Shown in pieces: positions 1 through 9,579 of a stretch of 64,000 nt of DNA. Position 1 is the stretch's first letter. Every line of letters begins with the position of its first letter. The stretch comes from Candidatus Hodarchaeota archaeon. Lineage in GTDB: Archaea > Asgardarchaeota > Lokiarchaeia > Sigyniarchaeales > SOKP01. Below the pieces are notes generated by a model. That model was not told the origin of the DNA and ran no database searches. It saw only the letters and a program-made list of their open reading frames with translations. Made by a program: the position numbers and the translations under genes. The stretch lies in the NCBI GenBank assembly GCA_048886685.1, contig JBHLKM010000001.1, forward strand, positions 192,001 through 256,000, read 5' to 3'.

Positions 1-67
1 TGGTGTTGAGTTGAATCAAAGAGAAGAAGCTCGATTTTGTCCTCTATGTGGAACAAGTACCCAATAA
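1..67 (+). CDS. 3' end of a zinc-ribbon protein (partial)
   Basis: Frame 2 reads GVELNQREEARFCPLCGTSTQ*; FCPxCG motif; truncated by the window edge. Confidence 0.6.
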   Translation, partial: GVELNQREEARFCPLCGTSTQ

Positions 68-96
68 ATATGATTTTCTTTTTATTATTTTAAAAT

Positions 97-1311
97 TTAT
101 AAAGAACATGATGTCACCCTTTCTTTAATTACCTTTAAAATTGTTGATTCGACAGGTGTGCACCCTTTGATAAATATGCCATTTTCTTTTTGATGTGTTG
201 TACAATTTCCAATAAGAAATGTGTCTGAATAAAGATCTGATTCTTTAATTCCTTTACCAATTGCTAAATTCAAGGGTTTTTCAGGAGTATAATGTTTATC
301 AATGAAATCTTTATTATTTTTCAATAAATTGAAGATTGTTGATAAACAAGCAGAACAAGATTCAATATCTATAAGGTTAACATTTTTATATTTAATTGTT
401 ATTGATTTTGGGGGAGGTTCTAAAGGTTTGATAAATTCATCAATATTATCTGGAATTGTTATTATATCACTAGAGGATTTAATTGATGGAAATTTAAATT
501 CTGAAAGCAATTTTAAATGAGGAACATCTTTGAGAGACCATTTTGGTTGAGATATTGCAAGAGCAATTATATCTGCTGCTAAAGGATTAGTAGACGCGAT
601 AATAGTATCTAATTTTATCAGATTTCCTGACGATGGTCCCATACCTTCTTGAGCGTGCGAACCATCTATTATCGCCAAATCAGGAAAAATAATATTTCCA
701 AGATCAGCTATAGCAACATCCAATTCTTTTACTTTACTCATTTTTTTTTTTAATTCTTCAATTATTTCTGGAGCCTGAAGATGGTGTAAGGTGATTTTAT
801 CTCTTTTATATATTAATCCCTTCATATTTTTAAAACTTAGTGAGGCCCCACAATGCATATGCATTTTTAATACGGGAATAGAAATAAAATAGTCAATTTC
901 ATGCCAATATCCTGTTAGTCTTATGCTTTTCAGAATTTTTCCATTTAGGATATCTTTCTTCACTGGAGTGGGTTCATCTAAATCAACAAATTGAAGATCA
1001 TTGTGTTGTAATAATCTTTTATAACCTGATTGCTCAAAAGCTTTATATGTATCAGTATTAATAATTGGGGAATCCCCAATTAAATAATTTGCTTCATAAC
1101 GGTTATTTAGATAATTAAAAATTGTTTCTACCACTTCTGGGTTAGTATTAATCCCTAACTTTGGATCAACTTCTCTACTGACATTTGGCTTCAATAAAAC
1201 TGTTTTTCCAGAGAGATCTGGAATCTCAATATTATCTAGGGCAGTTTGAACTGCTTTTGAAATATCAATATTACGAGCGACAGAAACTATAGGTTTTTTC
1301 TCCCCATTCAT
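97..1311 (-). CDS. DUF362-family Fe-S protein
   Basis: VLLKPN, PVLKMH..SLSFKNMKG and IIDG..EGMGP motifs; C-terminal CSAC/GNCT/GCTP Cys domain. Confidence 0.8.
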   Translation of the reverse strand: MNGEKKPIVSVARNIDISKAVQTALDNIEIPDLSGKTVLLKPNVSREVDPKLGINTNPEVVETIFNYLNNRYEANYLIGDSPIINTDTYKAFEQSGYKRLLQHNDLQFVDLDEPTPVKKDILNGKILKSIRLTGYWHEIDYFISIPVLKMHMHCGASLSFKNMKGLIYKRDKITLHHLQAPEIIEELKKKMSKVKELDVAIADLGNIIFPDLAIIDGSHAQEGMGPSSGNLIKLDTIIASTNPLAADIIALAISQPKWSLKDVPHLKLLSEFKFPSIKSSSDIITIPDNIDEFIKPLEPPPKSITIKYKNVNLIDIESCSACLSTIFNLLKNNKDFIDKHYTPEKPLNLAIGKGIKESDLYSDTFLIGNCTTHQKENGIFIKGCTPVESTILKVIKERVTSCSL

Positions 1312-2180
1312 TGTGTCAAACCAAGATGTTCAATAATTTTATTCTTCATCAGATCTTTATTAGGTTTTTTATTTAACCACCATTCAAATGCTAATATTCC
1401 TTGATTAACAAGCATATCCAAACCGCCCAGTGTTACACATCCAATCTCCGCTGCCTCTTTCATCAACCTGGTTTCAAGAGGATTATAAACGACATCAAAT
1501 ACGAATAGATCATCATGAAGTAAATCTTTTGAGATGGGTGTGTCATTAACCTTAGGATACATTCCAATAGGGGTAGCATTGATAAGAATATCAGTATTCT
1601 CTATATATTTCTCAATGTTTTCCCGATTGCTTAATGTACCTTCAATATCTACTTTCATATTATCCCTAATTTCATTAGCAACTACGGTTGCCCTCTCCTC
1701 AATTAAATCAGTCAAAACAATTTTGTTTGCTTCTTCTGCTAAAATATACGCTATAGCTCTAGAAACGCCTCCTGAACCTAAAATGAGAACATTAGTTCCA
1801 GAGATATCTAATCCCATATCCAACAAGGATCTCTTTGCTCCACCAGCATCAGTATTCCTTGCCCTTAAAAACCCAGCTTCATTTTTTATTGTATTAATAG
1901 CACCTATTTTAAGTGCAATTGGATCAACTTCATCGATGTATCTAATAATTGCTTCTTTATGAGGGGTTGTGACGTTTACACCTTTGATTCCTAATGATCT
2001 TATGCCATTAATGGCTTTCTCTATACTTTCTGGGTGTACATCAAAAGCTACGTACACATAGTCAAGTTCAAGCTCTTTAAGAGCAGGATTCCACATTGTT
2101 GGAGACATACTATGTTCAATGGGGTGCCCTATGACACATAAAATATTAGTATGTGAAGTTATTCTTCTTTCAACAGGCAT
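1308..2180 (-). CDS. aroE: Shikimate dehydrogenase
   Basis: GHPIEHSMSP, NVTTPHK, GAINT, NTD, LGSGG, NATPIGM, DVVYNP motifs. Confidence 0.95.
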   Translation of the reverse strand: MPVERRITSHTNILCVIGHPIEHSMSPTMWNPALKELELDYVYVAFDVHPESIEKAINGIRSLGIKGVNVTTPHKEAIIRYIDEVDPIALKIGAINTIKNEAGFLRARNTDAGGAKRSLLDMGLDISGTNVLILGSGGVSRAIAYILAEEANKIVLTDLIEERATVVANEIRDNMKVDIEGTLSNRENIEKYIENTDILINATPIGMYPKVNDTPISKDLLHDDLFVFDVVYNPLETRLMKEAAEIGCVTLGGLDMLVNQGILAFEWWLNKKPNKDLMKNKIIEHLGLTQ

Positions 2181-2287
2181 CTTGCAAGCAGAAGTTTTAA
2201 ATTTTATTTAATAATATGTTTAAGAAAAATTGTAATATATAATTATTTAGCTAAAGTGCAAGCAGTATAATGAGGTAAATATTACAT

Positions 2288-2842
2288 ATGGATAAAATTA
2301 AATTAAGTACAAGAATAGCTACGTTCCCTATGCCAGCAGCGGTTATATCTGTAGGAATTGGAGAAGAAGCGAATTTAATAACTCTCGCTTATGTTGGAAA
2401 GGTTTGCTTGAATCCACCAATTATAGCAATTTCTATACAACCAAGACGTCATTCTTATCAATTAATCGAAAAACACGGAGAATTTGTAATTAACTATCCA
2501 ACTATTAACCAATTACGAGAAATGGATTATTGTGGCACAAGATCAGGAAGAGATGTGAACAAATGGGAAGAGTTAAATCTGACTAGGGAAAAAGGGTCAG
2601 TAGTTCAAGTTCCGCTAGTAAAAGAATTCCCCTGGAACATGGAATGCAAAGTTATACAGAGAACAGAATTAGGATCACATGTTTGTTATTTTGGTGAAGT
2701 TGTTGCGGTCCATTGTGATTCGAAATTAATTAAGAATAATAATATCAATCCAGAAGAAATAAATACCTTTGTCTATGTATCAGGTAATTATATTAGTTTA
2801 GAAAAGAAGGTCATTGGAAAGCACGGGTTTTCATTGAATTGA
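2288..2842 (+). CDS. Flavin reductase-like FMN-binding protein
   Basis: PMPAAVIS, GEFVIN, CGTRSGRDVNK, ECKV..LGSH..FGEV. Confidence 0.85.
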   Translation: MDKIKLSTRIATFPMPAAVISVGIGEEANLITLAYVGKVCLNPPIIAISIQPRRHSYQLIEKHGEFVINYPTINQLREMDYCGTRSGRDVNKWEELNLTREKGSVVQVPLVKEFPWNMECKVIQRTELGSHVCYFGEVVAVHCDSKLIKNNNINPEEINTFVYVSGNYISLEKKVIGKHGFSLN

Positions 2843-2885
2843 TTTCCTTATAAATTAGAAACTCAAATAGAATAAAAAGATAAAA

Positions 2886-3416
2886 ATGATAAAAAATTGC
2901 ATTGCCCTTATAGGATTTATGGCAACTGGTAAGACTACTATAGGAAAATATTTAGCGGAATATTTAGGAGATGCGTATAAATTCATAGAAACCGATCAAA
3001 TCATTATTGAGATGACAGGAAAATCAATCCCTGAAATTTTTTCAGAAGAAGGTGAGAAAAAATTTAGGGAATATGAAATTGAAGCTTGTAAAAAAGTTTC
3101 AAACCTTACTAAGGTAATAGTGTCATGTGGAGGTGGAGTAGTTCTAAATAAAACAAATATCGAAAACTTAAAAAAAAATTGTCATATTGTCTTGTTAGAA
3201 GCAACTATAGAGGAAATATATAAAAGAGCGATGAAAGATGGTAAAGAAACTAGACCTGTTATCAATAAGCAAGATCCTAAAAAAGAAATAGAAGATGTTC
3301 TAAATTATCGAAAATCCTATTATAAAGATGCCGCTGAGATTATTATTGAAACAACTGGGAAGAATATAGAAATGATTGTTGGGGAGATTGTTTCAAAGAC
3401 TCAATTAAATACCTAA
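2886..3416 (+). CDS. aroK: Shikimate kinase (bacterial NMP-kinase type)
   Basis: GFMATGKTT Walker A, EGEKKFREYE, SCGGG, RP motifs. Confidence 0.93.
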   Translation: MIKNCIALIGFMATGKTTIGKYLAEYLGDAYKFIETDQIIIEMTGKSIPEIFSEEGEKKFREYEIEACKKVSNLTKVIVSCGGGVVLNKTNIENLKKNCHIVLLEATIEEIYKRAMKDGKETRPVINKQDPKKEIEDVLNYRKSYYKDAAEIIIETTGKNIEMIVGEIVSKTQLNT

Positions 3417-3481
3417 ATTTAAATTTATTGAACCTACTAATTATTTAAATTACTTTATAAAAGGGTTAAGGTTTTTTAGAA

Positions 3482-3655
3482 ATGACTGAAGGTTGGAAAA
3501 GAGTTAAATGTCCTCAATGTGGCAATGAAAATCCACGCAAGCTTCATGAAGAAGCAGATAAGAATAGCGTGCTTTACTACAGTATGCAAGGCACCCCCGT
3601 GTATGCGAAAAGCATGAAATGTGGAGATTGCGGCAATCTTTTTAAGAAAAGCTAA
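3482..3655 (+). CDS. Small zinc-ribbon protein (57 aa, not in ORF track)
   Basis: MTEGWKRVKCPQCGNEN...MKCGDCGNLFKKS*; two CxxCG motifs. Confidence 0.75.
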   Translation: MTEGWKRVKCPQCGNENPRKLHEEADKNSVLYYSMQGTPVYAKSMKCGDCGNLFKKS

Positions 3656-3712
3656 AATTAGAATTATTCTATTTTCTTATTTTTTTAAATTTTATAATCA
3701 CTCAAAAATTTT

Positions 3713-4465
3713 TTAGTGATTTTCTTGGATTACGTCTAATACTTCTCTTATTTTATTTATACTGATTTGTCCTGGAGCAGTTTCCTCCACTAGTGAGCCA
3801 TAAGTTAAGAAAGAGCCATTTAGAACACACAAAATTCTTGAGAAGATTCCTAAATCCCCCATACAGAAGGAAATTATTTTCATATTTTGTTTCGAAATTT
3901 CTTTGCACAATTTTAAAGGGATTATATTATCTTCAAAATTTTGCGCTTTGAAAATCATTTTTAATATGATTTTTTCTCTATTTTGGGAATCTAATCCATA
4001 TTCTTCTCTTAGTCTATTTAAAAAATCTTTGATTTGATTGGAAAGTGTATCATAGGATGGTGTTTTATCAAAATCATGATATGAGAAAATCAAATTTACA
4101 TTATTTTGATTAGCTAAATTAATAATTTCACCTAAATTTCTTTTCTCTGTATTCATTTCTACATCCAGATAATTAGGTTGAGATAAAATTAGTGTTTTTA
4201 AAATTTCCAAACGCAATTTTTCATCAATTTCTATTTTTCCCCCTTCTTTATGGGTTCTAAATGTAAAGATGACAGGAATTTTAGGTTGGACATCACTTAT
4301 CAACTCATTTGTCAAATCTTGGGTAATTTTTTTAACATTATCAATGTAATCATATCTAAATTCAACTAAGTTGGGATTGGATCTTAATGAATTTTCTATT
4401 ATTGATTTTAACTCAATAATATTTGCGGATTTAACGGGTATCGGTACACATATATTAAATTTCAT
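3713..4465 (-). CDS. aroD: Type I 3-dehydroquinate dehydratase
   Basis: VEFRYD, FTFRTHKEGG, SYHDFDKTP, CMG..G..SR, APGQ. Confidence 0.93.
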   Translation of the reverse strand: MKFNICVPIPVKSANIIELKSIIENSLRSNPNLVEFRYDYIDNVKKITQDLTNELISDVQPKIPVIFTFRTHKEGGKIEIDEKLRLEILKTLILSQPNYLDVEMNTEKRNLGEIINLANQNNVNLIFSYHDFDKTPSYDTLSNQIKDFLNRLREEYGLDSQNREKIILKMIFKAQNFEDNIIPLKLCKEISKQNMKIISFCMGDLGIFSRILCVLNGSFLTYGSLVEETAPGQISINKIREVLDVIQENH

Positions 4466-4495
4466 AATAAATTAATAAGAATTGAAGAATTTTAT

Positions 4496-5164
4496 TTAAA
4501 TTCCTATTATTTTTTTTATATCATCCTTTGAATAACCCAATGTATCAGTAGCATCGACTTTTTTCAATTTTCCCCTTTTTTTATAATACTTAATAATAGG
4601 TTTTGCATTTTTTTCGTAAGTATCTAATCGGTTTTTCAGAGTTTCTTCAGTATCGTCACTCCTTTGCTTAAATTCTATTTCAGCTCCACACTTATCGCAT
4701 ATCCATTTATTTTCCTCTATTTGTTCTTTTGGTGGTAAAGTATATTTATTGTAGATTTCGTTGCATTCACTACAACTAAATCTTCCCAGTATTCGCTTTG
4801 TTATTATATCCCTACTGACTTCTAATAGAAGAAAAAAATCTTCTTCAGTAATTTCGCTTAATGCTTTTGCCTGAGCCATATTACGAGGAAACCCATCAAG
4901 AATGAATCCATTATTCTTTACATCTTCTTTACTCAATCTGTCTCTAACCATTTCAATGGTAACATCATCTGGAACTAATTCTCCTTTATCCATATAAGAT
5001 TTAGCTTTTAGTCCTAAGAGTGTTTGGTTTTTAAGATTCTCCCTAAATATATCTCCAGTACTAATATGAGTGATTTCTGGTAATACATCTTTAATTTGGC
5101 CAGAAAAAGTACCTTTTCCTGCACCAGGTGGCCCGAATAATATTAATTTCTTCATTTTTATCAA
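4496..5164 (-). CDS. adk: Adenylate kinase, bacterial type with Zn-binding lid
   Basis: GPPGAGKGT, HISTGDIFR, GFILDGFPR, CxxC..CxxC lid, QRSDD. Confidence 0.95.
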   Translation of the reverse strand: MIKMKKLILFGPPGAGKGTFSGQIKDVLPEITHISTGDIFRENLKNQTLLGLKAKSYMDKGELVPDDVTIEMVRDRLSKEDVKNNGFILDGFPRNMAQAKALSEITEEDFFLLLEVSRDIITKRILGRFSCSECNEIYNKYTLPPKEQIEENKWICDKCGAEIEFKQRSDDTEETLKNRLDTYEKNAKPIIKYYKKRGKLKKVDATDTLGYSKDDIKKIIGI

Positions 5165-5245
5165 GAATTTGATTATTTAATTGTAGATTATTAAATTTGA
5201 CATAAGTTATAATTATTTTGCTAAAATTAATGCATTTTAAAAAGT

Positions 5246-5833
5246 TTATCCCGTGAAATAAGATTTTTCTAATTTTTTAATTAAATATCCTACTTGTCGT
5301 TTTTCTCGCAAACTAAATAGGATGGCATAATCACGTTTTATTGAGGAACCATAATAAGAGTTACCAAAAAAGGTATTAGATTTATTAATTACCTCTAGTA
5401 ATAATTTTATATTTCCAATATGAAGATATATAGAAATATCATTGATTATCAGTATAGGAGTAGGATCCTTATTAAATATATGAAGAATTTCTGACGTCTG
5501 CTTAAAATTTTTACATGCATTTTGATATAGTTCAGTTTTATTACTTGATTTCAGACGAGGTGGGATAATTTCTCCTTTAAAAAAAATATTCTTACATTTA
5601 CTACTATTCTTGTAGAAATCCTGTATTTTACCACCAATTTTCAAATTTTGAATAATTTTCAATAATGGTGCAAAGTCTAAAATACTGATTTCTTTAGGAG
5701 AAATTTTTTTTGATTCGATAAGAAATTGAACAAATTTTGCCGTATAGTAAGTTTTTTTAGTATTAGTTTCACCATACAATAAAATATGGTGCCCCAAACA
5801 ATCATTAAATTCAAGTTCGTGATAAAATTTCAT
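5246..5833 (-). CDS. Hypothetical P-loop-like protein
   Basis: LLYGETNTKKT (degenerate Walker A), LDFAP, ILIIND (Walker B-like). Confidence 0.6.
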   Translation of the reverse strand: MKFYHELEFNDCLGHHILLYGETNTKKTYYTAKFVQFLIESKKISPKEISILDFAPLLKIIQNLKIGGKIQDFYKNSSKCKNIFFKGEIIPPRLKSSNKTELYQNACKNFKQTSEILHIFNKDPTPILIINDISIYLHIGNIKLLLEVINKSNTFFGNSYYGSSIKRDYAILFSLREKRQVGYLIKKLEKSYFTG

Positions 5834-5835
5834 TT

Positions 5836-6420
5836 TTAAATTAATGATTCATTATTTAATTGTCGAATAAAATCTACTCTTGAAATTCCAGCTCTTCTCA
5901 AGACTTTCAACATTAAATACCCCAATACACAACCAGGCACGCTACTCACTGTAAATAAACCCCAAAAAAACAACAATCCTTTAAGAGATACAATTCCTTG
6001 AACTGGAGTTATTATTTCTGCTATAGTACCGGCAATAAATACTGTTCCTAAAGGTTCGGTTAAAGCTGCTAAATCGATATGTTTGGGTTTATACCTCCAT
6101 AAAATATAAGCAGATGTTGACACCACGATAGCTCCAGCTAAATGACCATGAAACGCATGGATTGTTCCTAGTGCAAGTGAAAATCGTAAAATTGCTATAC
6201 CTAAAGCAGTAATGGATGAAAACAGTATTCCGATTAGAACACCCGTTATAGCATTTATAAAATGAGCAAACGGGAATATTTTGGCACCAATTATTGGTAT
6301 AAAAATAAAGGGATTGAGATGACTTAAGATTATACCGACACTGGTAAAAATGGCAGAAGTAGCAATTTTTTTTGTTGCTAAATTTTGAATTATAATTTTT
6401 TCTTTAGTTTTATCACTCAT
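5836..6420 (-). CDS. thiW: ECF transporter S component, ThiW family (thiazole uptake)
   Basis: AKIFPFAHFINAITGVLIG, LGTIHAF, EPLGT motifs; downstream of thi4. Confidence 0.8.
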   Translation of the reverse strand: MSDKTKEKIIIQNLATKKIATSAIFTSVGIILSHLNPFIFIPIIGAKIFPFAHFINAITGVLIGILFSSITALGIAILRFSLALGTIHAFHGHLAGAIVVSTSAYILWRYKPKHIDLAALTEPLGTVFIAGTIAEIITPVQGIVSLKGLLFFWGLFTVSSVPGCVLGYLMLKVLRRAGISRVDFIRQLNNESLI

Positions 6421-6594
6421 ATGTTAGGACTTCTTTCCATTCAATTTCTCTATTTATATTAATAGGATTAATTTCATTGAATTAATTTATAGTTTAGCTT
6501 TATATTTCCTAAGTGGGAAAGAAAACACATAATAAAAATATAAGTCTGAGTCGCAGCTATCCTTTTAAAGGAGAATGATTATTTTTTTTTATTA

Positions 6595-7383
6595 TCAAAG
6601 AAGCTTTTCTATAATTAGTTTGGCAACTTTTTCACCTGAAAGTAACATACCTCCAAAAATAGGTCCCATTCGTTGTCCTCCAGAACATGCGTTTGCCGCC
6701 ATTCCCGCGACGAATAAATTCGGATAAATCTCTTTTGTAGTCTCAAGTAGTATTTTTTCACCTATTTCAGCGTTCATTGGAAGTTCACCTATTATTTTTC
6801 CTGTTGGAGTATTGATCTTTGCTCCTGGTATTTTTCGTAAAATAACTTTTACAATTTCACAATCATGACCTGTAGCGTCTATTACAGCTTTACTTTCAAA
6901 TGTCATGGGATCAACATGTAATTTTGCCATCTCTACAGCAGTCCAATTTATAACGACACCTGTAACCTTATAGTCTTTATTAATTTTTACATCTTCAACC
7001 GAAATTAAATTGAATATTTTTACTCCCATATCAATTGCTACAGCTGTTAATTTAGCAACAGATTCTACAGCATCTGCCACAAAATAATTAGGTTCATATT
7101 CCTCGGTTTTAATTTTATATAAGTCTAAAATTCTCTTAGCCTCATCTTGAACCACTATTTTATTAAACATCATCCCACCTCCAAACATACCTCCTCCCAC
7201 TGATAATTTCCTTTCGAAAATTACGGTTTTAAGTCCAGCTTCGGATAAAAATTTGGAAGCAATGAGACCAGCGGGTCCAGCACCAGCAATTATAACATCG
7301 GCTTTTAAATTATTTATCAAATCTTTTGAGTAAGCATCAATAATTGCTTTAGTTATGATAGTTTCATCCAACATATTCATCAA
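6595..7383 (-). CDS. thi4: Thiazole synthase Thi4 (His-type, sulfide-dependent)
   Basis: GAGPAGL, GGGMFGGG, HVDP, DATGH, RMGPIFGGMLLSG. Confidence 0.95.
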   Translation of the reverse strand: MMNMLDETIITKAIIDAYSKDLINNLKADVIIAGAGPAGLIASKFLSEAGLKTVIFERKLSVGGGMFGGGMMFNKIVVQDEAKRILDLYKIKTEEYEPNYFVADAVESVAKLTAVAIDMGVKIFNLISVEDVKINKDYKVTGVVINWTAVEMAKLHVDPMTFESKAVIDATGHDCEIVKVILRKIPGAKINTPTGKIIGELPMNAEIGEKILLETTKEIYPNLFVAGMAANACSGGQRMGPIFGGMLLSGEKVAKLIIEKLL

Positions 7384-7447
7384 AACAAGTGAATAATATA
7401 ATTTTTAAATTGTTTAAATCGTATAAATACTAAATCCTTTAATAAAG

Positions 7448-8047
7448 TTATACTGGATTTAGGAGATTTATAATTTTTTCTAATTTATTTATCATATCAG
7501 AGGAATTTCTTCCAAACAATCTTATCATTGCTTCTTTCCCTATTGCTCCTTTATCCCAAATTGTATCAGGGATCTTTCCATTCTTATTAACACTCTCTTT
7601 AATTAACCATTGCATTGTAGAAAATTCTTTGTTTTTTATTTCTTTAGGTTCTTTATCTCTAGATATCTCTTTTGAAGACAAATCCGTTCTTTTCTGAATA
7701 TCTTCTATCAGTTCTGGAGTATATTTCAAATTCATTACAAAATTAATAGAATCATCGAACTCTTTCGCTGTAAGAACTAATCTTGCTGTATGTTCGGCAA
7801 CCCCAAATTTGATTTCTCCTGCAGCTTTAGGAAGTCCATTCACAATTGTAATCCTCCCATCGATTCCTGCGATATCTTCTTTGGTCTTTGCGTTTTTTAA
7901 AGCACCTGCTATATTAGTTCGTACTTCTGGAATTAATTTGCAGAATTTTTTTGTTTTAATAAAATTGTATATTTCATTAATCTGATCTATTACATTTAGC
8001 TGTTCCTTAGAATATGAAGGCTCAGTGAGCTTATTGTTTTCCATCAA
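7448..8047 (-). CDS. thiN: Thiamine-phosphate synthase ThiN-domain protein
   Basis: LIPEVRTNI, AGIDGRI, FG..EH.AR, D.GAIGKEAMIRLFG; adjacent to thi4. Confidence 0.8.
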   Translation of the reverse strand: MMENNKLTEPSYSKEQLNVIDQINEIYNFIKTKKFCKLIPEVRTNIAGALKNAKTKEDIAGIDGRITIVNGLPKAAGEIKFGVAEHTARLVLTAKEFDDSINFVMNLKYTPELIEDIQKRTDLSSKEISRDKEPKEIKNKEFSTMQWLIKESVNKNGKIPDTIWDKGAIGKEAMIRLFGRNSSDMINKLEKIINLLNPV

Positions 8048-8115
8048 ATCTATAAATAATATAAATTTATTTAATTTATCGGTTATTCCTAGATTTTTAG
8101 GTAGAGTATACTATT

Positions 8116-8805
8116 ATGATACAAATAGGAGATATTACATTAAATCCCAGTAAAATCATTTGTTTAGGTACTAATTACATGGATCATGTAGAAGAAACTG
8201 GATTAGAGGTACCTAAAGAACCATTACTCTTTCCAAAAACACTAAATTGCTTAATAACAAATAATCAACCAATTATTTATCCAAAATATTTGTATAATAA
8301 TAGAAGATATAATAGGGTAGATTATGAAGTAGAATTGGCATTTATTATTAAAGATAAATGTAAGAACATATCTTCTGATGATGCCTATGATCATATATTA
8401 GGATACACTGTTTTTAATGATATAACCGCTCGTAAGATGCAAACAAAAGATATAATTTCGCAAAAACCATGGTTTCGTTCTAAATCGTTTGATACATTCG
8501 GACCAATTGGTCCAATAATAAGAAATACAGACGAAATCAGAGATCCTCATAATCTTGATATTGAATTAAAGGTGAATGGTAAGATAAAACAGGCATCGAA
8601 TACAAAATATTTACTATTTAAGATCCCTGAGACTCTAGAATATATTACGAAATTATTTACAATGGAACCCGGAGACATAATTGCCACAGGTACTCCTGAG
8701 GGAATAGGAGCTGTTAAACCTGGAGATTTAATTGAAGCAACCATAGAAAATATTGGTACTCTTACAAATAAAGTAATTTTAGAGGGTGAGGAAGATAATT
8801 TATGA
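8116..8805 (+). CDS. Fumarylacetoacetate hydrolase family protein
   Basis: KIICLGTNY..H, DYEVELA, NDITAR, KSFDTF, ATGTP. Confidence 0.9.
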   Translation: MIQIGDITLNPSKIICLGTNYMDHVEETGLEVPKEPLLFPKTLNCLITNNQPIIYPKYLYNNRRYNRVDYEVELAFIIKDKCKNISSDDAYDHILGYTVFNDITARKMQTKDIISQKPWFRSKSFDTFGPIGPIIRNTDEIRDPHNLDIELKVNGKIKQASNTKYLLFKIPETLEYITKLFTMEPGDIIATGTPEGIGAVKPGDLIEATIENIGTLTNKVILEGEEDNL

Positions 8806-9473
8806 GAATTGGTAATACTGATATAGAGCCAACAAAAATCATTTGTATTGGTCGTAACTATTTAGAGCATGCAAAGGAGTTAGATTCTCCAATACCAACT
8901 GAGCCTGTTTTTTTTGTCAAGACTTTAAACTCACTAATAACTGGTGATAAACCCATAATTTATCCCAGAATATTATACGAAGATGAAAAATTTAACAGGG
9001 TAGACCATGAAGTAGAACTCGCTTTTATTCTATCAAAGAAATGTAAAAAAATTTCATCAAAAAATGCTTTTGATTATATCCAAGGTTATTCTGTTTTTCT
9101 GGACATTACAGCAAGAAAAATGCAAATTTTTGATAGAAACAAAAATTTACCTTGGTATCGCAGCAAAAATTTTGATACTTTTTCTGTTATCGGTCCCCGT
9201 ATAGTACCCTTAAGTGAAATTAAAGATCCTCATAATCTAAATATAGAATTAAAGGTAAATGAAGAAGTAAAACAATCTTCAAACACAAGTTATATGATTT
9301 TTAAAATTCCACGATTAATGGAATATATATCAAGTTTTTTGATGCTTGAACAAGGTGACATTGTTGCTACAGGTACACCAAACGGAGTAGGGCCAATTCA
9401 GCCAGGTGATATTATTGAAGCATCCATTGAAAACATTGGAAAAATAAGACATGAAGTTATATTAGAAGAATAG
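8802..9473 (+). CDS. Fumarylacetoacetate hydrolase family protein (tandem paralog)
   Basis: KIICIGRNY..H, DHEVELA, DITAR, ATGTP; overlaps the previous gene by ATGA. Confidence 0.9.
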   Translation: MRIGNTDIEPTKIICIGRNYLEHAKELDSPIPTEPVFFVKTLNSLITGDKPIIYPRILYEDEKFNRVDHEVELAFILSKKCKKISSKNAFDYIQGYSVFLDITARKMQIFDRNKNLPWYRSKNFDTFSVIGPRIVPLSEIKDPHNLNIELKVNEEVKQSSNTSYMIFKIPRLMEYISSFLMLEQGDIVATGTPNGVGPIQPGDIIEASIENIGKIRHEVILEE

Positions 9474-9579
9474 AATTATTATTTATGGTTAGTTTGTTAT
9501 TCCATCTCATAACTTCTTTAATATTGCATATATATAAATTTGAATTATCTTCTTTAGAGTAGAAAAAACGATTTCAAAA

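Noticed and set aside
6421-6594. TPP riboswitch between thi4 and thiW
   Set aside because: The conserved CUGAGA and downstream aptamer motifs are absent on the coding strand
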